From Parasitella parasitica NRRL 2501 (lineage: Eukaryota; Fungi; Mucoromycota), in contig MU619264.1 of the NCBI GenBank assembly GCA_025201805.1, positions 166,253-230,252 of the forward strand: a DNA stretch of 64,000 nucleotides. The letters are read 5' to 3'. Shown here piece after piece: positions 50,543-62,733 of the stretch. The translations under genes and the position numbers were made by a program. Each line of letters begins with the position of its first letter. Position 1 is the stretch's first letter. The notes below the pieces were generated by a model. The model worked only from the letters and a program-made list of their open reading frames with translations. It was not told where the DNA came from and ran no database searches.

Positions 50543-50990
50543 TTAAAAGAGGTGGTCTGTATATACATTTTGTTGATGCTGCTGTTGATAATAGGAGGAG
50601 GTGCTTTCCCATGATGATTGTTGCTTAAGTGTGTTTTGAATATTCGAGGATGATAAGGTAATTACTGAGGATGCAGAGGATGCTGATGAAAAGGAAGAAG
50701 ATGATGCTTGGGAATAAGGATGATTTGATGATGTCTGGTACAATGAAGAACGACGTCGAGGATATGGTATTTCGCAAGTAGGAGCAGGCGATGGACTGTT
50801 TTGAGCGAGGTAGGATTTTAGTTGGTGAGTATCATAAGGTTTAGATGCTTCATTTGTCTGGCAGGTAACTGAACAAAAGTTCAAGTTCTGTAATTCTAAA
50901 GCTTAATATCAAAATTAAATTGGTCTCAATAAATCAACTTACCTCTTCCTGCAATTGTTTTTCACAATAGAGACAAATGTTTAAATCCAT
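50543..50990 (-). CDS. Ecl1/2/3-like small zinc-binding protein
   Basis: Exons 50990-50943 and 50887-50543 give MDLNICLYCEKQLQEENLNFCSVTCQTNE (CxxC...FCSxxC) followed by a Ser-rich tail with an RRRSS site. Confidence 0.75.
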
Positions 50991-53595
50991 GATATGATAT
51001 CAGCAAAGTTGATAAGAAGCCTAAAGAAAAAGAAAGAAAGGAATCATGATAGAAAAGGCAGGTATTTATATGAAATAGAAATGGGCTAAAGTCACATTAA
51101 TATGGATGTATAGTAAATGATGATGAGGGGTGGAAGGGGTAAGGGTTCGTACTTTATACAATATAAACATGTTTTCTGGACAAATGATCTTATTATTATT
51201 TTTTTAGGTAAGAGAGATATAATGATTATCCAGTAACACTCATTGAGGAGACTAGTGCGCCAGACTGGCCATGGGTTACGAAAGCTAATGAGCCATTATA
51301 ATGAGATTAGATGGAAATCAACGATGTTGAGAATATAGCTTTAGCAACCGAGTTTTCGATATCTTTCGTACCACGAGGTCTCAAGTTTGACGATAAACGT
51401 TATCTAAAGATGCCGTTGTATATAAAATATAATCTAGACATGATAATAAACACAAGAGCGACCAACAAGATGAAGGTGAGACGTCAATCTTTGGAGTTGC
51501 GCAACGACTACCTTTTGCAAATAATGAAACCAAATATTTTCACTATTTTGACATATACCTTTACGTGAAAAATAAAGTGGCTTAAGCCAAATAACTGTTT
51601 TTTTTACAGCAACCCATTATGAATATAAGGTTTTTCCAACTAACCTCGACTATTCGTAGCCGTTCTAATGCATGTCGATCTGCGGAATCGTTGCATAAAT
51701 CAACAAATCAAGGCAGTTTCGTCTTCCGCCATTATTACAACAAAAGTCATATAACAGCTTGGATAATAGATTGATGAAGCTACCAACATATTTACTTATA
51801 AAAAAATATGCAGTGTATACCATGAACAGTCTTGAGAGACTTTTAAACCAGTACGCACTCATTTTCTTAAAAGTAGGATGCCATGTCAGAAACTGTAATT
51901 TCTACCAATCATTTACAGCGTATTAATGGTCATCACGACAATCTCTTTCTTGTCGTTGAAAACAACCAATCAGTGATATGTCACAATTAGAGGAATTCTG
52001 CTTTTTTATTGTATAGATTATGTCTGCTTAATGATCACCGGGGCAGAGCGAGCCTGTTGCGTTTATTGTTGTAGTTTCCCAATTGTCCTAAAGTCAGTCT
52101 CGAGATTACATATCATTGACTATATATCATTGAACTTATTTGGCATTGTTCTTAACGTGTGACGCTTCATATCAGATGCTGCTGTATTTAATTGTCTCAT
52201 GATCTAAATTCTGCCCAGAACAGCTGTTTGTTTTAAGGAGGGGATTGATTTGCGATGTTGAATCCATTTTGTATTGATCAAGTCTGTCGTAAAATCTTGA
52301 AAATAAAGTGCTGAAGAACATATAGCAAGAGAAAACAATACATTTCTTCAGTTTTTTCAATACAGTGGTTCAAGCCTAATTTACTCTATCTTGAAACCCC
52401 CTCCTACATTTTTGAAAGGATTCACGCGCTTGCGCAAAGCTAAATTGCCCAGAGAAATGAAATTAGCTTGGCTATACGTTCAAATCATATTGCAACTTTA
52501 TAGTCCTTGGTGTATTTCTGAAGGCAGCTCGTTTATAGTTTTTTACAGAATTCAATTATAATGTCAAGGCGAGCGCTTCTACCTTCTATTTTTTTGATAG
52601 TGTGTCCACAGCGTTAGATAAAACAGCCAGCAGAGTATTGTGTATAATATTTGGATTCCAATGAATAACATATGGAGGGGCCTCTGTTACTAATTCGATA
52701 ATAACATATATGATATCTGCATAGCGTCTATTTTTCCATTCACAAGAATTCCTTACGCAGCGATCTTGAATATTTTGACTTGCAGTATTGTTTTCAGCGA
52801 GCCGGGAAGTGTGTATTTGTATTTGTATTAGTGATTCTTGGGGCTTTATTTTTTCATCAAACCCGTGTCTGTTCAATACTTGCGTGAAATTGCAAAAGCT
52901 TGATATTGTTATACTTTAAGAACTGTAAAGAGATAAACTGCTCTATTTTGCGAATCCAAGTTACAGATACTATTACGAAAATAAATGTACAATATGTCAT
53001 AGAACTTACTAAGCCCATCATTGCACTGTGCTTGCGCTTTTTTTTTATTATGCGTGTGTCAAAAACACGTCAATGGGCTGATTTTAGGCGTGCAAAATCA
53101 TTTTAAATAAATCGGCTTTGCCATTGATTCAAAGCTTGCGATCAATGTAATTGTTTTTAAAAAGTCGCAATCTTTATTCCATATCGTGGATTATCTATTC
53201 AACATCTTGCAATAATAATTGAATAATAGAAAATGACCATATGATTAGAGCCTATTTTCTTTGTGATAACGTTTTCACTGCATATTAAGACTTATGTATC
53301 GAATGGCATCATTTTTGAAATAGCTGCTTCTGCCAAGAGGACATGACTGACCTTCTTGTTTGCATGATAAAGTTGCGCATATTGCATGAATGACTTTGGT
53401 AAGAACGAGATTTTTATTACAAAATAAGGCATATGTCTTGTGAGAATATCACGCAATCGGTATTAGTTTAATCTCAAAATATGCCACATGTACGGTACAT
53501 ACCCCCTCCCATCAATTGTCATCATAATAGATATGTATGAACCATCTTATACTACATCTTTTATTTTACAGAATCGAATTAAATATACAGAAGAC

Positions 53596-54590
53596 TCAAC
53601 ATAGAATACCATATAAAATCATCACTGAGGTAGCTGTAGCCACGCTCAAGGCAACAGCAATGGGCCCAAAGCTTTCTGAGATTCTCTTGCCAGCATTATA
53701 GAAACAAGTAGGGCAATAATCAGCTGTACAAAGCATATTAGCAAATAATTCAAACAAGAACCCAATGAATACTTACATCCTGACATGGCTGAATAAGACT
53801 CTGGAGAGTAGAATGCGATAGATAATCTGGTATAAGGAGCCAACCAGCCGGGTTGAGCGGGAGCCGAGACGCCTCGTTGGTCATAGAGCTGAATTTGATA
53901 CATGCCCATCATAAGAGGAGAGGCTGCAGGAACATCTTTGATTTGCCAAACAGCACTCGTAGCAAGGCCAGGCATGGCAGTAATGGTATAGGTGACTTTG
54001 TTGGGTGCAACAGCAGCTAAAGTCAGGTTGGCTGGTTGAACTCGTAAATCTGTAAATGACCAGACGAACGTGACATTTTCTCTGGAGTCAATGCGATATA
54101 ATGGCGAAACTGATTTACTAGCGGTTGGCGTAACAAACGAGGCAGCACCGGGATAGACACTGTTGCCGTAACTTGCAGATGTTGGCAATGCATCCAGTGT
54201 GTTGTTGTTTGCTGCTCCGCTGTTTACAACGCCTGATTGTGTGGCATTGGAGGTACCGCCACTTAAAATCCCCGTTGCAATAGGCTGTTGACTTGCGGAT
54301 ATGGCTACTGACCCTGATGCGGCAGGGGGTTGTGTTGCAGAAGCGACCGGTGCTGCTACACTACTAGGTTGTACTGGAGCCGCATTTGATGTTATAACTG
54401 CATCTACATGAATCAATATTAATTAATTGTTCTTTAATCGACAACATTAGCTATTATTTTACCCTGAGGAACTAATTTAAATAAAATCCAAATGTCAGTA
54501 TAGGGCTTGATAATATTGTGTCTGATCAATCACTGTACCTGCATTCACAATTGCAATAAGAACAGCCAAAAATAAAGGAATGAGATGCAT
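53596..54590 (-). CDS. Secreted/membrane-anchored protein (signal peptide, S/A/P-rich linker, beta-rich domain, C-terminal hydrophobic tail)
   Basis: Exons 54590-54539, 54471-54463, 54403-53777, ~53723-53596. MHLIPLFLAVLIAIVNA, NVTFVWSFTDLRVQP, YQIQLYDQRG...PGWL, YCPTC, then a hydrophobic C-terminus (TM or GPI signal). Confidence 0.8.
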
Positions 54591-54604
54591 CTTTTTTGAA
54601 TCTA

Positions 54605-54607
<3 letters not shown>

Positions 54608-54686
<79 letters not shown>
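54608..54686. repeat. Long poly(A)/poly(T) tract (A31-TT-A46)
   Basis: Directly visible. The length may be affected by sequencing or assembly error. Confidence 0.9.
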
Positions 54687-54694
<8 letters not shown>

Positions 54695-55081
54695 TTTTTC
54701 AACACTTTTTATATGATATAAATTCCCTTTCGAGGTCTATTTTTGGTGCTACATAAGCCAAAAGAAATATTACAGGATAAGTATCCTCTAATAATAAACT
54801 TTTCAATTTGTACACATTTTAATTGTTTTCAAGGAAATAAAATGTCAAGCTATCATCTCAAGAGACATCTCGCGATCACTTGTCATAATTGTTGATTTGA
54901 TACAAGTAAACTGATACCTTTTCGTATTATTTTAAAGTTGCCATGACACTGAGTTTGAGTTTTGAATGTCATCTGATGATGATTGTAACGTTCTTTGATG
55001 TGGGATCTATTTTTACCAGCAAAATGTACTCCACATTTTAAGCTTCTTTTCTTTTCTCTCTCTTGTTTACTCTTAACAAAT

Positions 55082-56193
55082 ATGTCAGTCGAACAAGGTA
55101 AGTTTAGCGATTATTTTTTTTTTGGAAAGAGCATGTAAATGTCTTCTAGATCGCGTTCAAGAATACCTCGATTTTGCAATCAATTTGGCCAAGGAAGCTG
55201 GTGCCATTATCAAGACCGCCGTTGATTTTCGCATGGCAGGAACAGGCTCAAATATTGAGCTAAAAAAAGAAAATCCAACAGATCTCGTGACAGAAACAGA
55301 CAAAGCTGTTGAAGAATATATCAAGGAACGTCTTTCAAAGACATATCCTGATCACAAGTAATGCAAATATAGACAATTCTTCTATTTCACCAGTTCACCA
55401 ATTTTGTATACAGATTTATTGGCGAAGAGACTTTTGCTAGTGGTACAAGGACAGAATTCACCCATGAACCAACTTGGATTGTTGACCCCATTGGTGAATA
55501 TCTCATTTGCAATTGCCATTACAACATGCTAATTTAATCCACACAGATGGTACCACAAATTTTATCCATGGATATCCATTTGTCGCGGTTTCCATCGGCT
55601 TAACAATCAACAAGATCCCAACTATCGGTGTCGTCTTTAACCCTCTATTGAACGAGCTCTACTCAGCAGCCAAAGGCAAAGGTGCTTATCTTAACTCAAC
55701 ACAAAAGTTGCCATTGTTTAATCCGCCTCAGCCTTTGGTTGACTTGTCTCATTGTTTGATTGCCACCGAGGCTGGATCCGATAGATCAAAGTCTGTCATT
55801 GATGCTAAGATTGCTGCCATTCACGATATGCTTCAAAAGAAATCAGATAGGAATCCTTTTGCTGCTGAAGCTCATAGTGTTCGAACCACCGGGTCTGCTG
55901 CATTGAATTTATGCAACGTGGCCAAGGGTATCATTGATGTTTATTGGGAAGTCGGATGTTGGGAATGGGATGTAGCTGCTGCAATTGTTATTGTTACAGA
56001 GTCAGGCGGCCTTGTTCTAGAAGGCAATAATGACAAATTGAATTATGAACCTGTCAATATCTTTTGTCGCAAGTATTTAGCTATTCGTGCTGCAAGAGAC
56101 AAGGACAGTCAACTGGAAATCGCTTCTCAAATGAAAGATTTGATCCCTACTATTGACGCACCTCGTGCTCGTGTTCCTGGAGGTTTTGAATAA
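55082..56193 (+). CDS. INM1: Inositol monophosphatase
   Basis: Four exons from MSVEQ. DLVTETDKAVE, FIGEE, TWIVDPIDGTTNFIHG, RTTGSAALNLC and WEWDVAAA. Confidence 0.96.
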
Positions 56194-56270
56194 TAAGACT
56201 ATCATATAGAATAAAAGATTTTGATGTAAAAAGTAATGTCAAAGTAAATTTTGTAACTTTTATTAAGACT

Positions 56271-58973
56271 TTAGAATTCATCATTTTCGCTATCATCTTC
56301 GTCTTGATCATCCTCATCCTCATCCCAATCCTCCTCATCATCACCATCTTCATCATCTTCATCATCTTCATCTTCGTCTTCATCTTCATCATCTTTATCG
56401 TCGTCATTTTCGTACTTTTTGCCTTTATACTTGTGGTGTTCGTAATCGTCGTCATTTTGTTCAAATTTACCGTTGTATTCATTTTGATGATCTATATCGC
56501 ATTCCTCATCGAACTGATTATTGTCATACAACCCAAATTCAACATCGTTCTCAAAGTTGTCATCATCATTACCATCGTAGTATTCTTTTCTATGATGATG
56601 GTGGTTGTCGTCTTCACAGAATAAAATTTCTTCGTCGTGGTCATATCCTTGATGGCATTGATATTTAGTCATTGTTTCGCGATGATGATGAGTATGACAT
56701 TCCGTGTCTATTGAATTAGTATTAACTAAGTGTATACGTAGCATTTGCTTCCCAACACATGCCTGTTTGAGATGAAAACATTGAAGGAACTGAAAATGAA
56801 TTAGTATGGTGCGTTGGAGATTCAGTTGAATCTGTAATATCTCCACTGAAGCTATAACTGCTTGAACTGCTTGAACCGCTTGAGCTCATTGAACTGCTTA
56901 AATTGCTTTCAGAGCTGCTTGAGTTGCTCTCTGTATTAATGCTCTCTTCACTACTGCTACTACCGCTCGCTTCACTTCTACTACTGCCGTTATTTTCAGT
57001 CCTATTGCTGCTGCTATCTTCGCTGTTGTTACTGCTCTCGGCGCTACTGCCGCTTTCGCTACTATTGCTGTTCTCATCACTGCTACTACTCTCATAACTG
57101 CTGCTACTCTCATCACTGCCACTGCTCTCAGCACTGCTGCTAATCTCATCACTGCTGCTACTCTCATCACTGCTACTGCTACTGCTCTCATCACTGCTAG
57201 TACTTTCGGCACTGCTGCTAATCTCCTCACTACTGCTACTCTCCTCGCTGCTGCTACTCTCCTCACTGCTGCTACTCTCCTCGCTGCTGCTACTCTCCTC
57301 GCTGCTGCTACTCTCCTCACTGCTGCTACTCTCCTCGCTGCTGCTACTCTCCTCGCTGCTGCTAATCTCATCGCTGCTGCTAATCTCATCGCTGCTACTA
57401 ATCTCATCGCTGCTACTGGCAGAGCTACTCATTGAACTAACACTTTCAGAACTACTTGAGAAATCGGGGGGCAAAGGAATAACATCATAAGTGTCATCCA
57501 AAAATATGGGAACACAGACATTTGTTGTTAGACAACTACCGCCGATGGCTTGATAATCGTGAATCTCTATGCCACTTCCAGCCCAGTGATAGTTGTTTGC
57601 AAAGACCTGTCCAGCAAAAGCACCTGTGTTAGAATCTAGAATATCACCTATTGTATTAAAAGATAATCCGTTATTAGCACTGAGATTCTACTGATTTCTG
57701 CGCGTATGCGTATATAGTTGTACATGTACCTTCTGGCATCAGAGTCAGCCCCCCAAGTTGACCACCTGTGTTTCTGTTGACCTGAAAAGAGCCACTGGTA
57801 TAATAACCCTCATTGTCTGCAGGATAAAAGTTGAGAACAGTACTGCAGACTGTCATGCTATGACTTGGCAGATTTCCTTGGATTGTGATGGCAGTGTTTA
57901 CCAAAACGGGAATCTATATATTGAATTTGCTTATTAGATACAGTTACATGTTCTGGACCGATATATGATCTTACATTGATAATCAATCGAGAGGGCCAAG
58001 ACATGCCTATAGGACCATTCCAGTTACCCTTTCCAAAGTAAATAGCATCCGGCGACGAAAAATTGGGGCTGTATGTGCAATTGCGGCAAGTGCCAAATGT
58101 AATAACTTCGTAGTCAATGACAGTATCCGCAAGTCTCGTCAGTACGCCTTCCGAATCGAGATGCAGAGTGGGTGGTATCACAGAAAATTGCTGAGAGGCA
58201 GCAATGGCATTCAGCTGTACCTGAGTGAAATTAAAATAGCCTGTGCCTCTATCGTTGTATACGGGACATCCACTATCTTGCTGCACTATACTGCTAATGT
58301 CAGCACCTGCTGGTAGGAATGTAGCTCCATGTACGTGTATGTCACTATATTTGTAATCAGAGCCCCAAGTACCCAAAACGAGGCCATAACCAGCCAAATT
58401 GTTTTCGACGTCGGTACAATCTGCACCATGATTAGCATTGACGGTGTAGGCATGCGCTGAAAAGGCTCCTCGTACTGCAAGTGGGCCTAGGATATCTTGA
58501 GCCTCTGAAGTGATAAAGTCACCAAAGAATACGGCATTAAATCTATTATACTAGCATATCTGGATTATTATGACTAGAAACTTTATATTTATTTAATCAC
58601 TTACAACTTGTGTTGCTTTGCTTGAACTACACGCAAGACCTACTCTTGTAAGATTTCCTGCCAAATTCTTATCAAAATATGGTACGTTTTTACGTGGTGG
58701 CGGCGAAGGGTTAGGTGTTTCACTTTCATCATCTATTATGGCTGATGTTGTTGATCTCAGTCCACTCTCTGATGTTGTTGTAATTCTTGGTTCACATATC
58801 TGTTGATGATGGTGGTGATTACGATGGTGCTTGTGATGTTGTTGCTTGTATTTTGATTCATGGCTAAGCCAGCTTTTCCAATTACTCTTTTTTTTCCAGA
58901 ACTTATCCCACGCTAGTGTTTCTTGCACTGCTAGCAATGCTATCGCAGCTAGCACAAGTATTATAGACTTCAT
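56271..58973 (-). CDS. Secreted choice-of-anchor-A-like domain protein with Ser/Glu repeats and an acidic, His-rich tail
   Basis: Signal peptide MKSIILVLAAIALLAVQETLA, domain FNAVFFGDF...DILGPLAVRGAF...LNFYP...GGLTLMPEG...DSNTGAFAGQVFA, SSSEES repeats, then a D/E-rich C-terminus. Five exons inferred, the last intron being GC-AG. Confidence 0.75.
57060..57420 (-). repeat. Coding 18-nt tandem repeat (consensus GAGGAGAGTAGCAGCAGY) encoding S-S-S-[DE]-E-[SI]
   Basis: Directly visible. Most homogeneous at about 57225-57415 and degenerate toward 57060. Confidence 0.92.
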
Positions 58974-60001
58974 ACGAGTATGTTTAAGGAGGCTTGTTTG
59001 ATATAGATTTAAACAAAAAGGTGAAAAGAGAGATACAGATTAATTGATCGTTCGCCAAGTTATTTATTATTTTTTTTTGCGAGAATATTTGAAAATATGT
59101 CAAATATTTGGTATGTAAACAACAGGAATATATGTCGAGAATTGGAATACATTATAAACAGAGAGGATATATGGTAGAACTGGCTGTAATGGCGCTGGTT
59201 AACTGCATTTCAAGGATATATAATATTATTCTTATTTTAAGGTTCATTCGAAAGCTTCAAACTATAATAGCGTGCTATACTCCATATTCTAAAATCGATT
59301 TGTGCAATGTGAGCACGATGAATACAAAGTTTAAACAACAGCTCAAGCTTGGTCCTTGTAAATTTGTGTTACAAATATTAAAAAGTTGCAACACAATTAT
59401 TGACATTCAAGCAAATTTCAGTATACTATGGAATTTACTACGAAAATATATTTGTTACTATTTTTTATACTAATAGCGTCTGAATCATTCCTAAAAATCC
59501 ATTAAGGGCAAATTGCGTTACAGTTCATGTCGTAATTGATCTGCTACTCCATAACTCAAACTCTTGACCTTTGATCGCGTTTTTGGCCGAATCAAGATTA
59601 AATAGGTTCCTCACTATCGTAAATTTATTTTTGGTACATTTGTATAAAATAAAGGATAAATATTTTGATCATGATTTTCATGAATGTCCTTATGCAGCCG
59701 TAATTGGGATAACCTAGTGTTACTATTTTATGTAAACCCTCCAGAGAAAAATTTTCTTGCTGCTAGTAACTAAGACTACTTCGATTTGTACTTCATTTGT
59801 ATATGATTAGCGTATTTAGTATTTTATATAATAAAGCAACATATGGACCAGGAAAAGATCTTTTTTTTTATTCCTGTCCTCTAATACACGTCTTTAATAT
59901 TTGATTTATCATATATATTTACCAAATAATACAGATAACCCTGATCAAGACACGGAGTCCTTCTGAACATTTCGTAATCACCATTCACATAATAGCACAA
60001 A

Positions 60002-62336
60002 ATGAAGCGTTATAGCGTTGAATGTATGGCCTTGTTACTCATATTGGCATACATCTACGGAAATCAAGCTACTGCAGTTATGGTAAAAGGTATTTCTCAA
60101 GCAATGATTGGAATTATGTATGTATATTCATTTGTTAAGCAGACTGTGAGAAGCTTGATACAATCTCCCCCAGAAAATACTATCTCCAGCTTTCTAATTT
60201 CAATTGCACAGGTAAATATATTATATTTAATATATTAATGTAGCACTACTAATGATCCCTCTTAAAGCTAGGATGGTGACAACAATAAATGGCAAGAATA
60301 GATTAATTGAACGAGGACTGGCAGATCTGGGAACTCCTACAGAGACTAAGAATTATGGCACTTACAAGACTAGCCAAGATAGTGCAACCAAAACTAACAC
60401 TCATTCAGTATCGGACACTCATGCTGATGAGACATACAAGGGTAGTTCAGGACAACAACAAGGCAATACCTCTAGCAAACATCAATCTAATACCAGTAGT
60501 GACGATAGTAATCAAAACCACAACGTAGTAGACAATGATACAACTCGCGGTAGTGGCGCTTTTAAAGAAAAGCCTACCAATTCATCTAATAATTCTTATG
60601 AAAGCGCTCAACCAACTCAAACAGAGAAAGACTCTGATAATGGTGATGAGAGCCCCTCCCATACAAAAGAGTATGCAACAGACGACGAAAAAAGTAGCAA
60701 TACCAATACTCACGGCCATGCTACATCTTCTGTAAAGAAAGATGATGATCCAAATGACGACCCAACAGATGCAAGCCCTGCTAGTGCTACTCGCGACTAT
60801 TCGCGTCAAAACACATCTGAAGTACTTGCTGAACCTACTACTGAAGAAGGTGCTAGTGGTAGCCATGAGCATGAACGTATCACTAAATGGCAATCTCTTA
60901 GTATCACTGCTGAATCCACTTTTAATAACGAACCTGCCACCACCACTGCAAAAGAAGAAACAACAAGACGTTGGAAAACTACATATGGTGAGCCTACACA
61001 CATCATAGTTACGACAGCCAGTGACATTGCATCCAAAGAATGGGAAAAGACTACTACTACTACTACTACTACTGCCGTTACCATGGATTGGAAACCAGTT
61101 GCTACTGACCATGACAAAACCGCCACTACTTGGAAGCCTACAGCAACTACTGATGACCCCGAAAGTTTGAGTGCCACCCAAGTTAAAGAGGAAACAATCA
61201 CATCTATGTCCAAACCTAGCGCTGCAACCGAAAAAGTGCCAGCAACAGAAGAAACACAAAAAACAGACATAAAGACAACTACAGTCTCTATTTTATCGTC
61301 AGTAACAAGTGTTGATAATGCTTATTTATCTTCATATTTATCTGGCATCCTTAACACTGATTCTGCAGCAGTTCATCACCAGCAGACCGCTTCACAAACT
61401 ATTACTACCAATATCGCAATCAATGAAATAGCTTCCTCTGCTGCGGCTGCTGCTGCTACCACATCCGATCGTTTCCAAGCTATCAGTCATGCCGTAACAT
61501 CTAATACAGAGCACCTCTCTTTTGCAATGGCAGACTCGCCTGCAACTAACAATGCAGAGACCTCTCAAGATATAACGCCTACTAAATCAAGCAGCTCCAT
61601 CTACTATCCTAGTTTTACTCGATCTTTTTCGGTTGCTTCATCGACTGCCACCCCAATGCTAGTCTTGGGGTCATCTACAGAATGTACATCTGACCCTCAT
61701 GCTGTTGATGAAAAGTGTACATTCGAGTACTTTTGTAACGCAGCCACGCATTCGTGCGTCTTTCTGTTGCAAAATGACAGCGCCTGCTATGAAAGCTTCC
61801 AATGTGCCTCTAGCTACTGCACAGATCACATTTGTGCGGCAGCGCCTGAAGCGGTGCAGCCTAACCAGGGCGGCAGAATTGCTGGTGCAACGGTTGGATG
61901 TGTAGTTGGAGCAGCTATTTTGTTGTTTGGGCTTATTCGTTGGCGTAAGCGCTCTCAGACAATTAATCGTAGAATGAACAAATTCCACAGCAATGCGAGG
62001 CCCTTCTATGATGCAACTACGACCATCTTGCCAGCTATTGGGAGCACTGTAACGCCAAATTACACCAATCAAGGCGCTACCCGGCTTTCAAAATACAACT
62101 TTTTGGCTCACATGCTGAATCCAGAACCCCCAATGACAGGACAACAACAACCATATCGATCTGCTTCAAATGCCGATCATTACGCGATCCCGGCTGCAGC
62201 TGCAGAAGGAGGGGCTGCTATGGTCGAACAAGTAGACTACAACCCTTTCAGAGCCCTGCACACTGATTCATGGACTGAAGAAGACCACCAGTCTCTTGAA
62301 AGATCAGAAACCAAGACATTCTACAGCTACATCTAG
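60002..62336 (+). CDS. Mucin-like single-pass (type I) membrane protein with a juxtamembrane Cys-rich module
   Basis: Exons 60002-60089, 60143-60211, 60268-62336 splice in frame. Signal peptide, long S/T-rich region, 8-Cys module (CTSD...CTFEYFC...C...C...CASSYC...C), TM IAGATVGCVVGAAILLFGLI, basic RWRKR and a Tyr-containing tail. Confidence 0.8.
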
Positions 62337-62733
62337 GCTTTCTTGGCGAAAACTACAAAAGTTGCCTAATTTGGGACCTGCGCAAAATTTCAGTGTTATT
62401 CTATAAAACAATAAAAACGATGCTGTGTTATAAATAGCAACAGACATGTCAAGCGCTTGGACAATCAACTATTTACAATGTAATGTTATTATATAATATT
62501 GCTGTTGTTGTAGCGCGAAAGCACCACTAAAAATAGCATTGATAATAATCATTTATTAGTGGAGTTCTGTCTGATCCAAAAATACTGATAACCTTTTTTT
62601 TTTTTGCACCACCACATCGTTTGCAATTAATTTTCCTTTCTTCTTTTGTCTAGTTACTTTTTTCATTTTTTTCATTTCTTAATTTTTCTCCTCTTTTTCC
62701 CTTTCGCTTTCTTTCCACGACAATACCAAAAAA

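Noticed and set aside
57060-57420. Regular repeats resembling a CRISPR array
   Set aside because: Eukaryotic coding tandem repeat with no unique spacers.
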